A stretch of 64,000 nt of DNA from Candidatus Poribacteria bacterium (GTDB lineage: Bacteria > Poribacteria > WGA-4E > PCPOR2b): assembly GCA_965208675.1 (NCBI GenBank), contig OZ242351.1, forward strand, positions 3,904,001-3,968,000, given 5' to 3'. Numbering within the stretch: position 1 is the first letter of the stretch; the number at the start of each line of letters is the position of its first letter. A program made the position numbers and the translations under genes. This document shows, piece after piece, positions 1-10,740 of this stretch. The notes under the pieces are model-generated. The model worked only from the letters and a program-made list of their open reading frames with translations, did not search any database and was not told where the DNA came from.

Positions 1-1
1 C

Positions 2-337
2 GAGGGCGCTGTCAAGTGGGCTCATGAGAATCCGAATTATCTTGAACTCTATCGTTACGGTGAACCGAGACAGACGCTGGGGCGCGGCCAAGGCTATCTT
101 TCTGAATCCGCAGCCGCGTGCACGCGCATCCCGCCCGGGCACCCGGAAGGATATCTGGAAGGATTCGCTACAATTTACGTTGGCGTTGTTGAGGCAATCC
201 AACGGTACATTGATGGCAATCCCATGAAGACTGAAGAGTATAATTTCCCGACCGTTTATGACGGTTTACGCGGCATGGAGTTTATCTATAAGACCGTGGA
301 GTCTTGCAACAACGGCTCGACTTGGGTGAACCTGTAA
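2..337 (+). CDS. Gfo/Idh/MocA family oxidoreductase, 3' partial (runs off the window start)
   Basis: Frame 2 is open from base 2 to TAA at 335-337 and reads ...TRIPPGHPEGYLEGFATIY...FPTVYDGLRGMEFI...SCNNGSTWVNL*, a typical Gfo/Idh/MocA C-terminus. Not in the ORF track. Confidence 0.85.
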   Translation, partial: EGAVKWAHENPNYLELYRYGEPRQTLGRGQGYLSESAAACTRIPPGHPEGYLEGFATIYVGVVEAIQRYIDGNPMKTEEYNFPTVYDGLRGMEFIYKTVESCNNGSTWVNL

Positions 338-410
338 ACGCCGGTAATTATTTACAAAAGCGCGGTGCAAGGAACAACGGGGTAACAACACGAAACTGGA
401 ATTGTTGGAC

Positions 411-1244
411 ATGAATGATAATGCAATTTCTCAACATAGCCTTGATGGATTGGTCGCGGTAGTTACCGGCGCTGCGCAAGGGTTGGGGTTGAAAATCGCC
501 AACCAGCTCGCGCGCCACGGCGCGGCGGTGATTATGGCGGACCTGCAATTAGAAAAGGCGCGAGCAACTGCAGGCGAGTTGCGAGAGATTGGCTTAACTG
601 TACAGGCAGCATATCTGGACATTACTGACAGCAGCGGTGTGACCACTTTCTTTGAGCAAACGGCTGGCGAATACGGGCGACTGGACATTTTGGTCAATAA
701 TGCCGGTATTGGCCAGAATGTGACTCCCATTGTCGAACTGGGCGATGAGGAGTGGGAACGGGTGTTGACCGTCACCTTAACTGGTACCTTTTACTGCTGC
801 CGCGCGGCAGGCGCAATCATGGAGCGTCAGGAGTCGGGGAGTATTGTCAATATCGCGTCAGTCAACGGTCAAAATCCAGCCGCGCTAGTTGGGGCGTATA
901 ACGCGGCAAAGGCAGGCGTGATTAGTTTGACGCGTACACTGGCTCTGGAGCTAGCAGCTTACGGCGTACGTGTGAACTCGGTGAGTCCGGGGCCCGTATA
1001 CACCGAGTTTAACCGAAAGGGTATGGCGCAGCGCTGCCAAACCTTGAACATCACCGAAGATGAGATGATTGAACGCGTACGCAACGCCATTCCGTTAGGG
1101 AGGTGGGGCGAACCGGTTGACATTGCACAAGGCGTCGTGTTCCTTTGTAGTCCGGCAGCTTCGTGGATTACAGGTGAGGTTTTGAGGGTTGGCGGGGGAT
1201 TGGAAGGTGTGTCAGCTACACCGCCGAAGCGCCCTAAACATTGA
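411..1244 (+). CDS. SDR family NAD(P)-dependent oxidoreductase
   Basis: TGAAQGLG, NNAG and YNAAK motifs. ATG at 411 preferred over TTG at 402. Confidence 0.93.
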   Translation: MNDNAISQHSLDGLVAVVTGAAQGLGLKIANQLARHGAAVIMADLQLEKARATAGELREIGLTVQAAYLDITDSSGVTTFFEQTAGEYGRLDILVNNAGIGQNVTPIVELGDEEWERVLTVTLTGTFYCCRAAGAIMERQESGSIVNIASVNGQNPAALVGAYNAAKAGVISLTRTLALELAAYGVRVNSVSPGPVYTEFNRKGMAQRCQTLNITEDEMIERVRNAIPLGRWGEPVDIAQGVVFLCSPAASWITGEVLRVGGGLEGVSATPPKRPKH

Positions 1245-1371
1245 GCCGTTCATTGCATTATTGATGCAAAAGGGCTTCAATCCGCCGAAAAATGCTAGTT
1301 CTCAATCTATACCGGTTTGGGATTGAATTGCCCTAACTCAATGCCCTAATGTTCAAGGGCGATGTATGAAT

Positions 1372-3252
1372 TTATTGTATATGTAGTATAACGAGAGTGT
1401 TATCCGCAGCATTAACTGGGTTGTTATTGTTAAGCGACATTGGCAAATACGACCTTTCCAACCAACCGAGCAGAATAGTCCCCTCCTCTTGCACGAGATA
1501 GCGCAGTAAGCCCTCGCCCGCAAGAATTCTCGCAAATTCTTCCCGCCGCGTTCCAATCAACTCTTGAGGGAATGTCCACTTCTCCGAATTTTCCTTTATT
1601 TCGATAGGCGTATTTGGCAGAACTGATCCAAGGTAAGTGTATCTGCCTTTATCAATAAGCCACGCGTTTTGAAGCACATCAGGCAAATTTTGCTGAACGT
1701 AACTAGGGTTTAGCTGGACGCGGGAAGAAGGGACATTTACGAACGACTCTGCAAGATAAGTCTGTGTCATCCACGCATCTACAGTTGTGTCGTGTAGTTG
1801 AAAACCTTCTCTAGCCTCAATTAGTTGTAATGGAGGCGCAGCGGTTGGCGTTAGGGGCCTTATCAAAGTCTCCACTCCAAACATTATTGGCGTTTTTAAA
1901 TTGGTAGAGGCGATCATGCCGATGTAGCTTTGCAAGTGTGCACGTTCCCTTTCGGCATAAACGGATAATATCGAAAAGCTATTTAGGGATACCCAGCCGG
2001 GCGCGGCGTTGCGCGGGAAAATTACGGCGCACGAGAAAAACACCGGCAGCACTAAACCGCCAATCCAATACAACTTTGGTTTATTTTGACGGCGTCCCGT
2101 AAACCATAATAATCCGCCGAGACTCATCAGATAAACAGTTAAGAATCCAGCTAACAAAAGGATTAAAGGTGAGCGCGTCGAAGGACGGTTTATGAGTAAA
2201 GCCTGGATTTTTTGGTTGTGCCTGCGATACGTGCCATAGCGCGCTTCCTCACTGTGGCGCGGGGATCTGCCCGCTTCCCTGAATAGCCATTCCCAATAAT
2301 TTTCCGCGCCGGGCGAATCAGAAAAAGGGGGCGCCGTGTAATCAAAAGCGAGGCTTATGACGCTCCCGCTGCCCAAATGTTTTTTTGCAACATAAATTTG
2401 CTGTTCGTTCCCGATAAGGACATTTCCGCCGGATCGAGGTTTGAAATCAATGAGATCGAAAGCGGAATTCTTTGACGTGAAACCGAATTTCCGCATTGAT
2501 TCAGGAAGTTTTTTCCTCGTTTGGAGTGTAGCAAGCTTTACAGGCATGAATGGTTCAATAAATCCTCCTCGGAGTGCATGGAAATTACTCCCGCCCGCTG
2601 TAAGTAGCGTGCCTCCCCGCTGAATCCAATCGAGTATGGCGGTCTGTTGAGGCGCAGAAATATTGCGTTCGGATAACGTAATGCCGCGAAGAATGAAGAG
2701 ATCAACAGAATCGTACCCTTTCCAATGTGTCGGCAGATACTTTGGGTTGCCAACATAGGCGACGAAAATATTCCCTTCCACCATATCAGCAATCTGATTT
2801 CCATCCCAGCGGCTCAACAAATCGCGGCTCGGCGTCAGTGCAAGCGCTATGAGGTCTGTCGTTTGGTTTGGAGGCGCAGTGGAGATTTCTTGGGATGTTC
2901 TAATGCGTCCGTTCTGGTCAATCAATTTTAGTATTAGATTGGTGGAAATTCCGGGCAGGAAGATGTAGAGTCTTTTAAGTTGACGATCGGTTCGAGTTAG
3001 GCTAAGCGGCGTGGAATACGATTGAATCAACTTCCCCGAAACGGCGTTGTGGATATCGGCAGAGATTTCACCGCTAAAGGCTTCGTTTTGACTCGTGACA
3101 GTTACTTGCAGCGGCGACCATCGATCCCGCTTGTGGGTACCGTTTAACCCGAGTTCGACGGATTCAATTTCAATTGCGGCGCAGGCTGCAGAAACGGACA
3201 CAATGAGGAGAAATGGAATCAGGTATAAGCGAGAAAGATATAGAATGGACAC
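1372..3252 (-). CDS. Hypothetical exported/membrane protein with a class I GATase-like central domain
   Basis: 626 aa ORF with a signal peptide, a W-x-P-L-x-V N-terminal motif, LPTHWKGYDSVDLFIL...WIQRGGTLL and two TM helices. Confidence 0.65.
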   Translation of the reverse strand: MSILYLSRLYLIPFLLIVSVSAACAAIEIESVELGLNGTHKRDRWSPLQVTVTSQNEAFSGEISADIHNAVSGKLIQSYSTPLSLTRTDRQLKRLYIFLPGISTNLILKLIDQNGRIRTSQEISTAPPNQTTDLIALALTPSRDLLSRWDGNQIADMVEGNIFVAYVGNPKYLPTHWKGYDSVDLFILRGITLSERNISAPQQTAILDWIQRGGTLLTAGGSNFHALRGGFIEPFMPVKLATLQTRKKLPESMRKFGFTSKNSAFDLIDFKPRSGGNVLIGNEQQIYVAKKHLGSGSVISLAFDYTAPPFSDSPGAENYWEWLFREAGRSPRHSEEARYGTYRRHNQKIQALLINRPSTRSPLILLLAGFLTVYLMSLGGLLWFTGRRQNKPKLYWIGGLVLPVFFSCAVIFPRNAAPGWVSLNSFSILSVYAERERAHLQSYIGMIASTNLKTPIMFGVETLIRPLTPTAAPPLQLIEAREGFQLHDTTVDAWMTQTYLAESFVNVPSSRVQLNPSYVQQNLPDVLQNAWLIDKGRYTYLGSVLPNTPIEIKENSEKWTFPQELIGTRREEFARILAGEGLLRYLVQEEGTILLGWLERSYLPMSLNNNNPVNAADNTLVILHIQ

Positions 3253-3934
3253 CAGCAGTTTTTCTTTCTATTGACATGTGGGGAATTTGCTACACGTCGA
3301 TTAGTGTGCCTCTTGAGCTGATTGCCGCCGGTTGAATGGCAAGATTTACATCATCGAATATCTTATCATAGATATCCCTGTATTTCATCCGAATTGTGGG
3401 TGCGTTCAATGGAATCCCGTTGCAATTCAAGTAAGCGCAGGGGTATTAAAATCCGCGGATGGTCCGAGACATCGGCCGCGCCGTCTTCTGTCCAATTTAT
3501 CTGGCCGCCCCAATGCGCAATTACAGCGATCAACCACTGCTCTGGATTGGGTTTATCTCATAATTGATCCTTGCACAACAAGGCAGTATGTGATATTATT
3601 TTGCGGATCTTTTTTAAGAGGAAGGGGCTTTCGACGAAACACATTGTTTGTTTTGGAGAAGCTGTGGTAAGTGTTGCAGAATTACAACACATATGGTGTC
3701 GAAAGAATCTCAGCGGCGAATACGTTCCAAATCCCAATCGCAGCTATAACTTGGCGAAGGTAGAAACGCAGAAACGGTGTACACATCAAGTCTCTTCTCA
3801 ATTGTTCACCTTCGTTTCCCACGGAATATATTTGAATCTGGAATGTCCTTTAGCCGATGGCATGAAGCTTGCGTCAGCACGGAGTTATAACAATTAATGT
3901 CGTAAAACTCAATTCGCTTAAAGGAGAATAACCT

Positions 3935-4753
3935 ATGTTGACGCAAGCACACCGAATCTTGATACCAGTTTTTCTGTTGTCTACGTTTCTGATGAATATC
4001 GGATGCGGATCTTCAGACGATTCTATTGAGCCAGATACCGAACCCCCCGCTATTCCACGAGGTGTGGAAAGTACTACTGGGAATGGCAAGGTGGAAATTG
4101 AATGGTTCCCCAACGGTGAAATCGATCTCGCCGAGTATAAAGTGTGGCGGAGCCGCGATAATGAGACTTTCAACTTGCTGGATAGGGTTTCAGCAGATGA
4201 ATTTCGATACGTCGATTGGGATGTTCAAAACGGTGTCACCTATTTCTACGCTGTTTCTGCCTTGGATTTCGAAGGCAATGAAAGCGAGTTAAGCCCAGAA
4301 AATATCTCTGATACACCGCGTCCATCGGGTAAAAATGTCACATTAAATGATTTTACACTACATCCAAATCGGAGCGGTTTTGATTTTTCTCAACCTGAGA
4401 ATGGCGCGATTCCGTGGGATTTGCCCATGACGGATGTCTATTTCGGACCGACTGAAGTCTATTCCGAATTTGACGTCTCGTTCACTGTGCCCTATCTCTA
4501 TTCTGATAATTTTACTGAGATGCAAGACATGGGTTACCACGAAAGATCCGACGAAGTTAATGTCTCACCGTTTTTAGGCTTCACAACCGAATTTGTCGAG
4601 TTGATTGAAGGTCACGTTTATGTCTTTTATACGCCCGACGGAAACTACGCTAAGATTCATGTTGTCGCAATTTCAGATAATTCGGTAACTTTTGATTGGG
4701 CATACCAGATTGATCCGGATAACCCGGAACTTGCCCCGCCTTTATATCATTAA
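3935..4753 (+). CDS. Fibronectin type III domain lipoprotein
   Basis: AAGGAG RBS, lipobox-like IGC, and FN3 motifs PPAIP...W...YKVWR...YFYAVSALDFEGNES. Confidence 0.8.
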   Translation: MLTQAHRILIPVFLLSTFLMNIGCGSSDDSIEPDTEPPAIPRGVESTTGNGKVEIEWFPNGEIDLAEYKVWRSRDNETFNLLDRVSADEFRYVDWDVQNGVTYFYAVSALDFEGNESELSPENISDTPRPSGKNVTLNDFTLHPNRSGFDFSQPENGAIPWDLPMTDVYFGPTEVYSEFDVSFTVPYLYSDNFTEMQDMGYHERSDEVNVSPFLGFTTEFVELIEGHVYVFYTPDGNYAKIHVVAISDNSVTFDWAYQIDPDNPELAPPLYH

Positions 4754-4975
4754 CTGATAATGGCTAAACTTGCGAGAATTCGGACAGATCTACGGCACAA
4801 TAGAACAGAGTGAATGACCGCAAAGAAAACGTGTGGATTATGTCGTACGCGTTGACATCTTTGGAATAACTACGCAGAACAACAGACGAAGAATTCCAGC
4901 GCAGGGGCAACAAAACTATATTGAGGGATCGATTCCCCGCCTTTGGAACATCCTGCCTTTTAGGAGATTTAGTTG

Positions 4976-5737
4976 ATGCACCGAGTGAAAAACCTAATTT
5001 CTGTGTGGGTTTTTATGTGTCTGAATCTGTCCCTGATGGCCTTGCCCACCCATTCGTTGATTAATGCCGCAAAACTTGACCACTGTCCATTCACAGTTGG
5101 CGAGATTCTCACCTACAATGTCAAAATTGCGGGATTGACCGCTGGAAAACAGGTGACCCAAGTTACAGATAAAACAGTGTTGAATGGGCGCCAAGTTTAC
5201 CGACTCGTTTCAGAATCTCAGACGGATAGTGTATTTGGAAAACTGTATCACTTTCGGGATCGGCAGGAGAGCTACGTTACAACCGATCAACTACACCCGC
5301 TGCGGCATGTGAAAGACCTTGAGGACCGAAAATACCGAGCACGTGTCGAAATTGATTTTGACATTGAGAGAGGGGTTGCCCAGTATACCAAAAATGAAAA
5401 TGGTAAAGTTTTAGAAGTGCCTATTGGTGTACAGGATGAATTATCAATGGTTTACTTCCTGAGATCAAAGGAGTTAATCGTTGGTCAGACCTACGATATT
5501 CCGGTACTGGTTAAGGATAAAACCCAGGATGTCACAGTCAATGTCTATCGGCGCGAAATGATGAAGACGGAAGCGCTGGGGCGTGTAGAGACGTTAGCGA
5601 TACGTACCTCACACGGCTATTTGATATGGCTCACGAATGACGATCGCCGTATTCCCGTTCGGATCGAAGCAGCAACTCGAATTGGTAAGCTAATTGGTAC
5701 GATTGAAAAGATTGATTCAAGCAAAAACATGAAGTAA
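4976..5737 (+). CDS. DUF3108 domain-containing exported protein
   Basis: PFTVGEILTY, QDELSMVYFLR and WLTNDDRRIPVRIEA motifs; AGGAG RBS. Confidence 0.8.
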   Translation: MHRVKNLISVWVFMCLNLSLMALPTHSLINAAKLDHCPFTVGEILTYNVKIAGLTAGKQVTQVTDKTVLNGRQVYRLVSESQTDSVFGKLYHFRDRQESYVTTDQLHPLRHVKDLEDRKYRARVEIDFDIERGVAQYTKNENGKVLEVPIGVQDELSMVYFLRSKELIVGQTYDIPVLVKDKTQDVTVNVYRREMMKTEALGRVETLAIRTSHGYLIWLTNDDRRIPVRIEAATRIGKLIGTIEKIDSSKNMK

Positions 5738-5788
5738 TTCGCATTCGCCACTCTTGATCTGGTGGATTCCTGAGATTCGTAATACATT

Positions 5789-8700
5789 ATGAAAGATTTC
5801 TTTCGCCGGACGGATAGCTATCAATCCCTCGTTGAAATTCTATCTAAACTCCAAAAAACTTCCACGCATCGAACTGACCCGCTTACCCAGCCAGAACAAT
5901 ACTCCGTGCTAAATGATGGGATAATTAGCACCAGCAATTCGGACAATTCCGCATCGGACGTTCCATGGTTGTGGGGGTTGCATGGCGCATCGGTCGCCCA
6001 CTTATTGAGTACACTTTCATCAGATTTCTCCGATTCGTCTTTCCTTGTTATTCTCCCCTCACATCATGAGGCTGAAAAGGTTGTGCAGGACCTCCCTACC
6101 TACGGCTTTGACCAGGCATTGTTTTTCCCGGAGTGGCAGAACATTTTCTATGAAGGCGTTTCCCCGACCAAGAAGATTGTTGCGGAGCGAATGACCTGTT
6201 TGCGCCAATTGCTGGAGGGGAATCGCGCGACAATTGTCACATCAATCAAAGCGTTACTGCACCGAATTGCTCCCAAATCGGTTTTATCCGCATTTTTCGA
6301 AACATTGCAAGTTGGTGACGAAATCGCACCCGACGATATTGTCGCATTCCTACTACGCGGCGGCTACCAAAGAGTTGACCTCGTGGAGGCAAAAGGAGAA
6401 TTTGCGCGCCGCGGTGATATTTTGGATGTTTATCCGTTAATTGCCGATAACCCCGTCAGAGTTGATTTTTGGGGCGATAATATTGATGCTATTCGCACGT
6501 TCGACCTCTCCTCACAGCGTTCTATAGCGAATCTGCGGCAGGTGTCCTTAAGTCCTATGCGGGAGGTCTTCTTGACGCCCGATGCGCTTACCCAGTGGAA
6601 AGCACGGGTAGAGGGGTTTATTGAATCAAATCCCTCCCCGGAATATAGAAACGTGATTCATGAGATTACACAACGCTTCGAGGGCGGAACAGATTTGGAC
6701 GGTATTGAATCTCTTCTTCCAATGTTATACGCCAATCCTGGCCTTCTTACCGATTATCTCTCCGCGTCGACAACGGTTTTACTCGTCGAACCAGCATGGG
6801 CGATGAGAGAGGGAAAGCGAACTATTGAGGAAGCGGACGCACTCTACGCCAGAAAACTGGAACAAAATCAATTCATGGTTCCATCAAACGAGACATTCGC
6901 ACCCGTTGAATCGGTAATCCCCGTTTTACAGCGGTATCCCGCGCTTCACATATCCTTGACGCAACCTGAACCTGCAACGGGAGAGCGGATTGCCGAAATT
7001 GACTTTGGTATGCGTCCGCCGGGCGTGCATCGCGGGAACCTTCAGATCGTCATGGACCAGATAAAGGGATGGACGGATGAAGGCTATCTTGTAAACATCT
7101 TCAGTGATAATTCGGCGGGCACCAAACGATTGAATGAGATTCTTGCAGACCGAAGCATGCTCACCGCGCAAACTGCTGTAATAATCGGCAGCATCAGCCA
7201 GGGATATCTCAATAAAGAACATAAGTTTGTTGTTATTTCTGAAGATGAGGTGTTTGGCCGCGAGTATCGCCGGCGCCGCCGCACTGGCTTCAAAGAAGGC
7301 GCACCGATTCTGAATTTGATCGATCTCAAAGAAGGGGACTATGTTGTACATGTATCACATGGAATCGCTGTCTATACAGGGATTCGCCGTCTGGATATTG
7401 ACGGCAAGCCTCAAGATTTTTTGGTTCTGAACTACGCGGGAGGAGACATACTTTACGTTCCCACTCACCAGATTGATTTCGTACAAAAGTATGTCGGAGG
7501 AGATAACGAGGGAAAAGGCCCCCGATTGGACAAACTTGGTGGTACCTCGTGGCAGCGGGTTAAATCCAAGGTGAAAGCGTCCATAGAAGAAATGGCGGAG
7601 GAACTTCTTGAGCTCTACGCAATTCGAGAAGCGCAAAAGGGATTTGTTTTTTCGCCGGACACATCGTGGCAGCGTGAATTTGAAGCGATGTTTCCTTATG
7701 AAGAGACGCCCGATCAACTACAAGCAGTTGATGAAGTCAAAGAGGATATGGAGCGGGTACGCCCCATGGATCGGTTAATCTGCGGAGATGTGGGATACGG
7801 AAAAACAGAAGTTGCGCTTCGATCGGTGTTTAAGGCGGTGATGGATGGCAAACAGGCCGCTGTTCTTGTGCCGACGACAGTTCTCGCACTGCAACATTTT
7901 AACACGTTTAAAAATCGATTCGAACACTTCCCTGTCAGTGTAGAGATGCTGACACGCTTCCGAGCAACTAATGAAGCGAAATTAGTAAAAGCGGGTTTAG
8001 AAAAAGGTGCCGTAGACATTGTCATCGGTACCCATAGTCTGTTGTCGGATAGCCTCAAGTTCCACGATTTAGGTCTGTTAGTAATTGATGAAGAGCATCG
8101 CTTCGGGGTAAAACATAAAGAGAAAATTAAGCAGATTAAGCAAGTGGTTGATGTCATCACCTTGACAGCAACGCCGATTCCGCGTACACTACACATGTCC
8201 CTAATCGGAATCCGCGACTTTAGTGTGATTAACACACCCCCTGAAAACCGTCTGCCAATTGAAACCTACGTGATGGAATATAACCCCGATGTGGCGAAAG
8301 ACGCAATTTTGCGTGAGATGGAGCGGGGTGGTCAGGTCTATTTTGTCCACAATCGTGTGCAGAGTATCGCCAGTATTGCTGCGTCAGTTCAAAGACTCGT
8401 ACCGCAAGCCCGGGTGAGCATCGCACATGGACAGATGGCCGAACGTCAACTAGAAAAAGTCATGATAGACTTTATTAACCACGAATCCGACGTTTTGGTG
8501 TGCACCATGATTATCGAATCAGGGCTAGACATACCTAACGTCAACACAATTCTGATTAACCGTGCGGACGCGCTCGGATTGGCGCAACTTTATCAATTGC
8601 GCGGGCGCGTTGGACGCGCTCAGTATCAGGCATACGGTTACCTTTTCTATCCGCAGGGGCGTGCGATTACTGAAAATGCACAGAAACGGCTTCGAGTTAT

Positions 8701-9322
8701 TGAGGAGTTTACTGATCTTGGGTCAGGGTTCAAAATTGCGCTTAGAGACCTCGAAATCCGTGGAACCGGCAACATCCTTGGTCCCCAACAACACGGCCAT
8801 ATCGCTGTGGTGGGTTATGATATGTATTGTCGGTTGCTTGAAGAAACCGTACGCAAACTTAAGGGCGAAAAGATTGAAGAATCAGTCGAAACGCGAATTA
8901 GCTTGCCAGTGGAAGCATATTTGCCTGACGAGTACGTGCCCGACAGTCGCCAGAAGGTTTCGCTCTATAAGAAAATTGCCGCATTGAAGACGGAAGCGGA
9001 TCGGAAAAGTCTTTCAGAAGAAATCATCGATCGATATGGCAAAATCCCCGAACCTGTCGAGATGTTGCTTGAAATTGCCGAGCTTAAACAGCTTTGTCAA
9101 TCATGCGGCGTTGAAGGGATTGTTGCGGGGGGCGATAATGTAAAGATTTCGTTGGCTGAAGCGAAGTCGAATGTTGACCCTAGTAGGTTTGTTCAGGTAA
9201 TTCAAGGCGATAGACGGCTCTCACTTTCACCGCCTGGCCGCCTGATGGTCAATACAAAAGGGTTGGTTGGAAAATCCCTCTTACTCACTCTCAAGCGAAT
9301 CCTCTTCAGAGCGTTTAGTTGA
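5789..9322 (+). CDS. mfd: Transcription-repair coupling factor
   Basis: UvrB-homology region (RGDILDVYP), CarD-like RID, GDVGYGKTEVA, DEEHRFGV, TATPIPRT, QLRGRVGR and a TRCF C-terminus. Confidence 0.98.
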   Translation: MKDFFRRTDSYQSLVEILSKLQKTSTHRTDPLTQPEQYSVLNDGIISTSNSDNSASDVPWLWGLHGASVAHLLSTLSSDFSDSSFLVILPSHHEAEKVVQDLPTYGFDQALFFPEWQNIFYEGVSPTKKIVAERMTCLRQLLEGNRATIVTSIKALLHRIAPKSVLSAFFETLQVGDEIAPDDIVAFLLRGGYQRVDLVEAKGEFARRGDILDVYPLIADNPVRVDFWGDNIDAIRTFDLSSQRSIANLRQVSLSPMREVFLTPDALTQWKARVEGFIESNPSPEYRNVIHEITQRFEGGTDLDGIESLLPMLYANPGLLTDYLSASTTVLLVEPAWAMREGKRTIEEADALYARKLEQNQFMVPSNETFAPVESVIPVLQRYPALHISLTQPEPATGERIAEIDFGMRPPGVHRGNLQIVMDQIKGWTDEGYLVNIFSDNSAGTKRLNEILADRSMLTAQTAVIIGSISQGYLNKEHKFVVISEDEVFGREYRRRRRTGFKEGAPILNLIDLKEGDYVVHVSHGIAVYTGIRRLDIDGKPQDFLVLNYAGGDILYVPTHQIDFVQKYVGGDNEGKGPRLDKLGGTSWQRVKSKVKASIEEMAEELLELYAIREAQKGFVFSPDTSWQREFEAMFPYEETPDQLQAVDEVKEDMERVRPMDRLICGDVGYGKTEVALRSVFKAVMDGKQAAVLVPTTVLALQHFNTFKNRFEHFPVSVEMLTRFRATNEAKLVKAGLEKGAVDIVIGTHSLLSDSLKFHDLGLLVIDEEHRFGVKHKEKIKQIKQVVDVITLTATPIPRTLHMSLIGIRDFSVINTPPENRLPIETYVMEYNPDVAKDAILREMERGGQVYFVHNRVQSIASIAASVQRLVPQARVSIAHGQMAERQLEKVMIDFINHESDVLVCTMIIESGLDIPNVNTILINRADALGLAQLYQLRGRVGRAQYQAYGYLFYPQGRAITENAQKRLRVIEEFTDLGSGFKIALRDLEIRGTGNILGPQQHGHIAVVGYDMYCRLLEETVRKLKGEKIEESVETRISLPVEAYLPDEYVPDSRQKVSLYKKIAALKTEADRKSLSEEIIDRYGKIPEPVEMLLEIAELKQLCQSCGVEGIVAGGDNVKISLAEAKSNVDPSRFVQVIQGDRRLSLSPPGRLMVNTKGLVGKSLLLTLKRILFRAFS

Positions 9323-9649
9323 TATTGGAAACAGCCGCTAAAAGCCGTCAACACAGTCCTGTCGCAAGAACTGCTGGATAAAACAGCCTGCCCCATCACC
9401 ATCAATAGAATCAAGAGCCACACGGCTTATGGTTCCGCAGCGCGATAGATACTCAGCAGTGAGCACGTTTGTGTTGAGTCGGCATGCCGTTTTTTTATGT
9501 TTTAAGGCAGATATACATTTTTGCCTAGTTTCTAGTTCCATCAATGAATGGGACGATGAAGTTCGTGGCAGGTCTTTAGTATTTACGAGTTTACCTAACA
9601 CCAAGTACACAACACTTAGCATATACAATATAGAAAGGAGTGGCACACA

Positions 9650-10651
9650 ATGAAGTATACCTTGAGTGTGTTAGCTGTGACTGTAGCAATATGTTTTACC
9701 GCTTGGCGGGTTGTTCAATCGCAAGATTTGGATTCATCTACAGAATCTGTAGATGAAAGTCAAATAACAGTAGCGGAATACAACTGGGACGGTTCTGCGA
9801 AGCAGATTTCACTCGCCGATCTGAAGGCGGCGATTGATAAGTTGCCGCCCCACCGCCAAGAGAAATACGACGATAGAACTAGTAAGGCGGAGTATTTGAA
9901 CGAATTGATTGCAGAAAAACTGAAACTCCTCGCCGCCATTGAAAGGGAATTTGACAAAGACGAGGAATTCCTAAAAAAGGCAGAGGACTATAAACACCAG
10001 CTTATGGTTGAGCGGCTAACCGAAAATGAAGTCGATAATAAAATCTCCTATACTGAGGAAGACATCAAGCAATACTACGAGACGAATAAAAGCGAATATA
10101 TTGAAGAACCTGAGGTTCAAGCAACTTGTATTGCCTTGCTGGATGAGGACCGCGCGCAGGAAGTATTGGAGGAGATTAAGGGTGGTAAAGACATCGTCGC
10201 AGCGGCGAAGGAGCTCTGGGAAGTTGGTGAATTAGAAGGGCCCGGAGTCAACGAAGAAGAACCCGGACGTACTCGCTTTTTCTCGCGAGATGAGGCCAAT
10301 GAATGGAAAGAGTTAATCGATACCCTCTTTGAAATGGAAATTGGTGAAATGACTCAAGAGGTCTTTGAAACTGACATCCGTGATAAAACTCACTTCATGA
10401 TTTTCAGTAAAAGGGACCACAGGCCTGAACGCCAAAAAGAGTTAGATGAAGTCAGAAATCGCGTTGAACGACAAGTAGAGCGTGGAAAGAAACGCCAACG
10501 AATCACAGAATGGGTTAAAGCGTTTACAACCGAAGGCAAACTCAAGACTTTTCCGGAACGTATTCCCGAGCCTCAACCGGATGAAGAAAGTGAAGAGGAA
10601 ACCTCGCCGGCGCCGGAAGAAGCTGCGGAAGAAAAATCTGAGGATATGTAA
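9650..10651 (+). CDS. SurA/PrsA-like periplasmic chaperone with a degenerate parvulin (PpiC) domain
   Basis: Signal peptide, SurA-N-like helical region, TEEDIKQYYETNK, PpiC-like segment and an acidic tail; AAGGAG RBS. Confidence 0.8.
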   Translation: MKYTLSVLAVTVAICFTAWRVVQSQDLDSSTESVDESQITVAEYNWDGSAKQISLADLKAAIDKLPPHRQEKYDDRTSKAEYLNELIAEKLKLLAAIEREFDKDEEFLKKAEDYKHQLMVERLTENEVDNKISYTEEDIKQYYETNKSEYIEEPEVQATCIALLDEDRAQEVLEEIKGGKDIVAAAKELWEVGELEGPGVNEEEPGRTRFFSRDEANEWKELIDTLFEMEIGEMTQEVFETDIRDKTHFMIFSKRDHRPERQKELDEVRNRVERQVERGKKRQRITEWVKAFTTEGKLKTFPERIPEPQPDEESEEETSPAPEEAAEEKSEDM

Positions 10652-10740
10652 ATCCTAAGAACAAAATTCGTCGCCATAAGCGGGTTTGTTCATTATGGGC
10701 GGCGAAAGCCAACAAAAAGTATGATTATGGAGGAATTATT

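Noticed and set aside
3322-3897. Several 80-112 aa ORFs in the divergent intergenic region
   Set aside because: They overlap, lack a convincing RBS or motifs, and more likely reflect promoter DNA.
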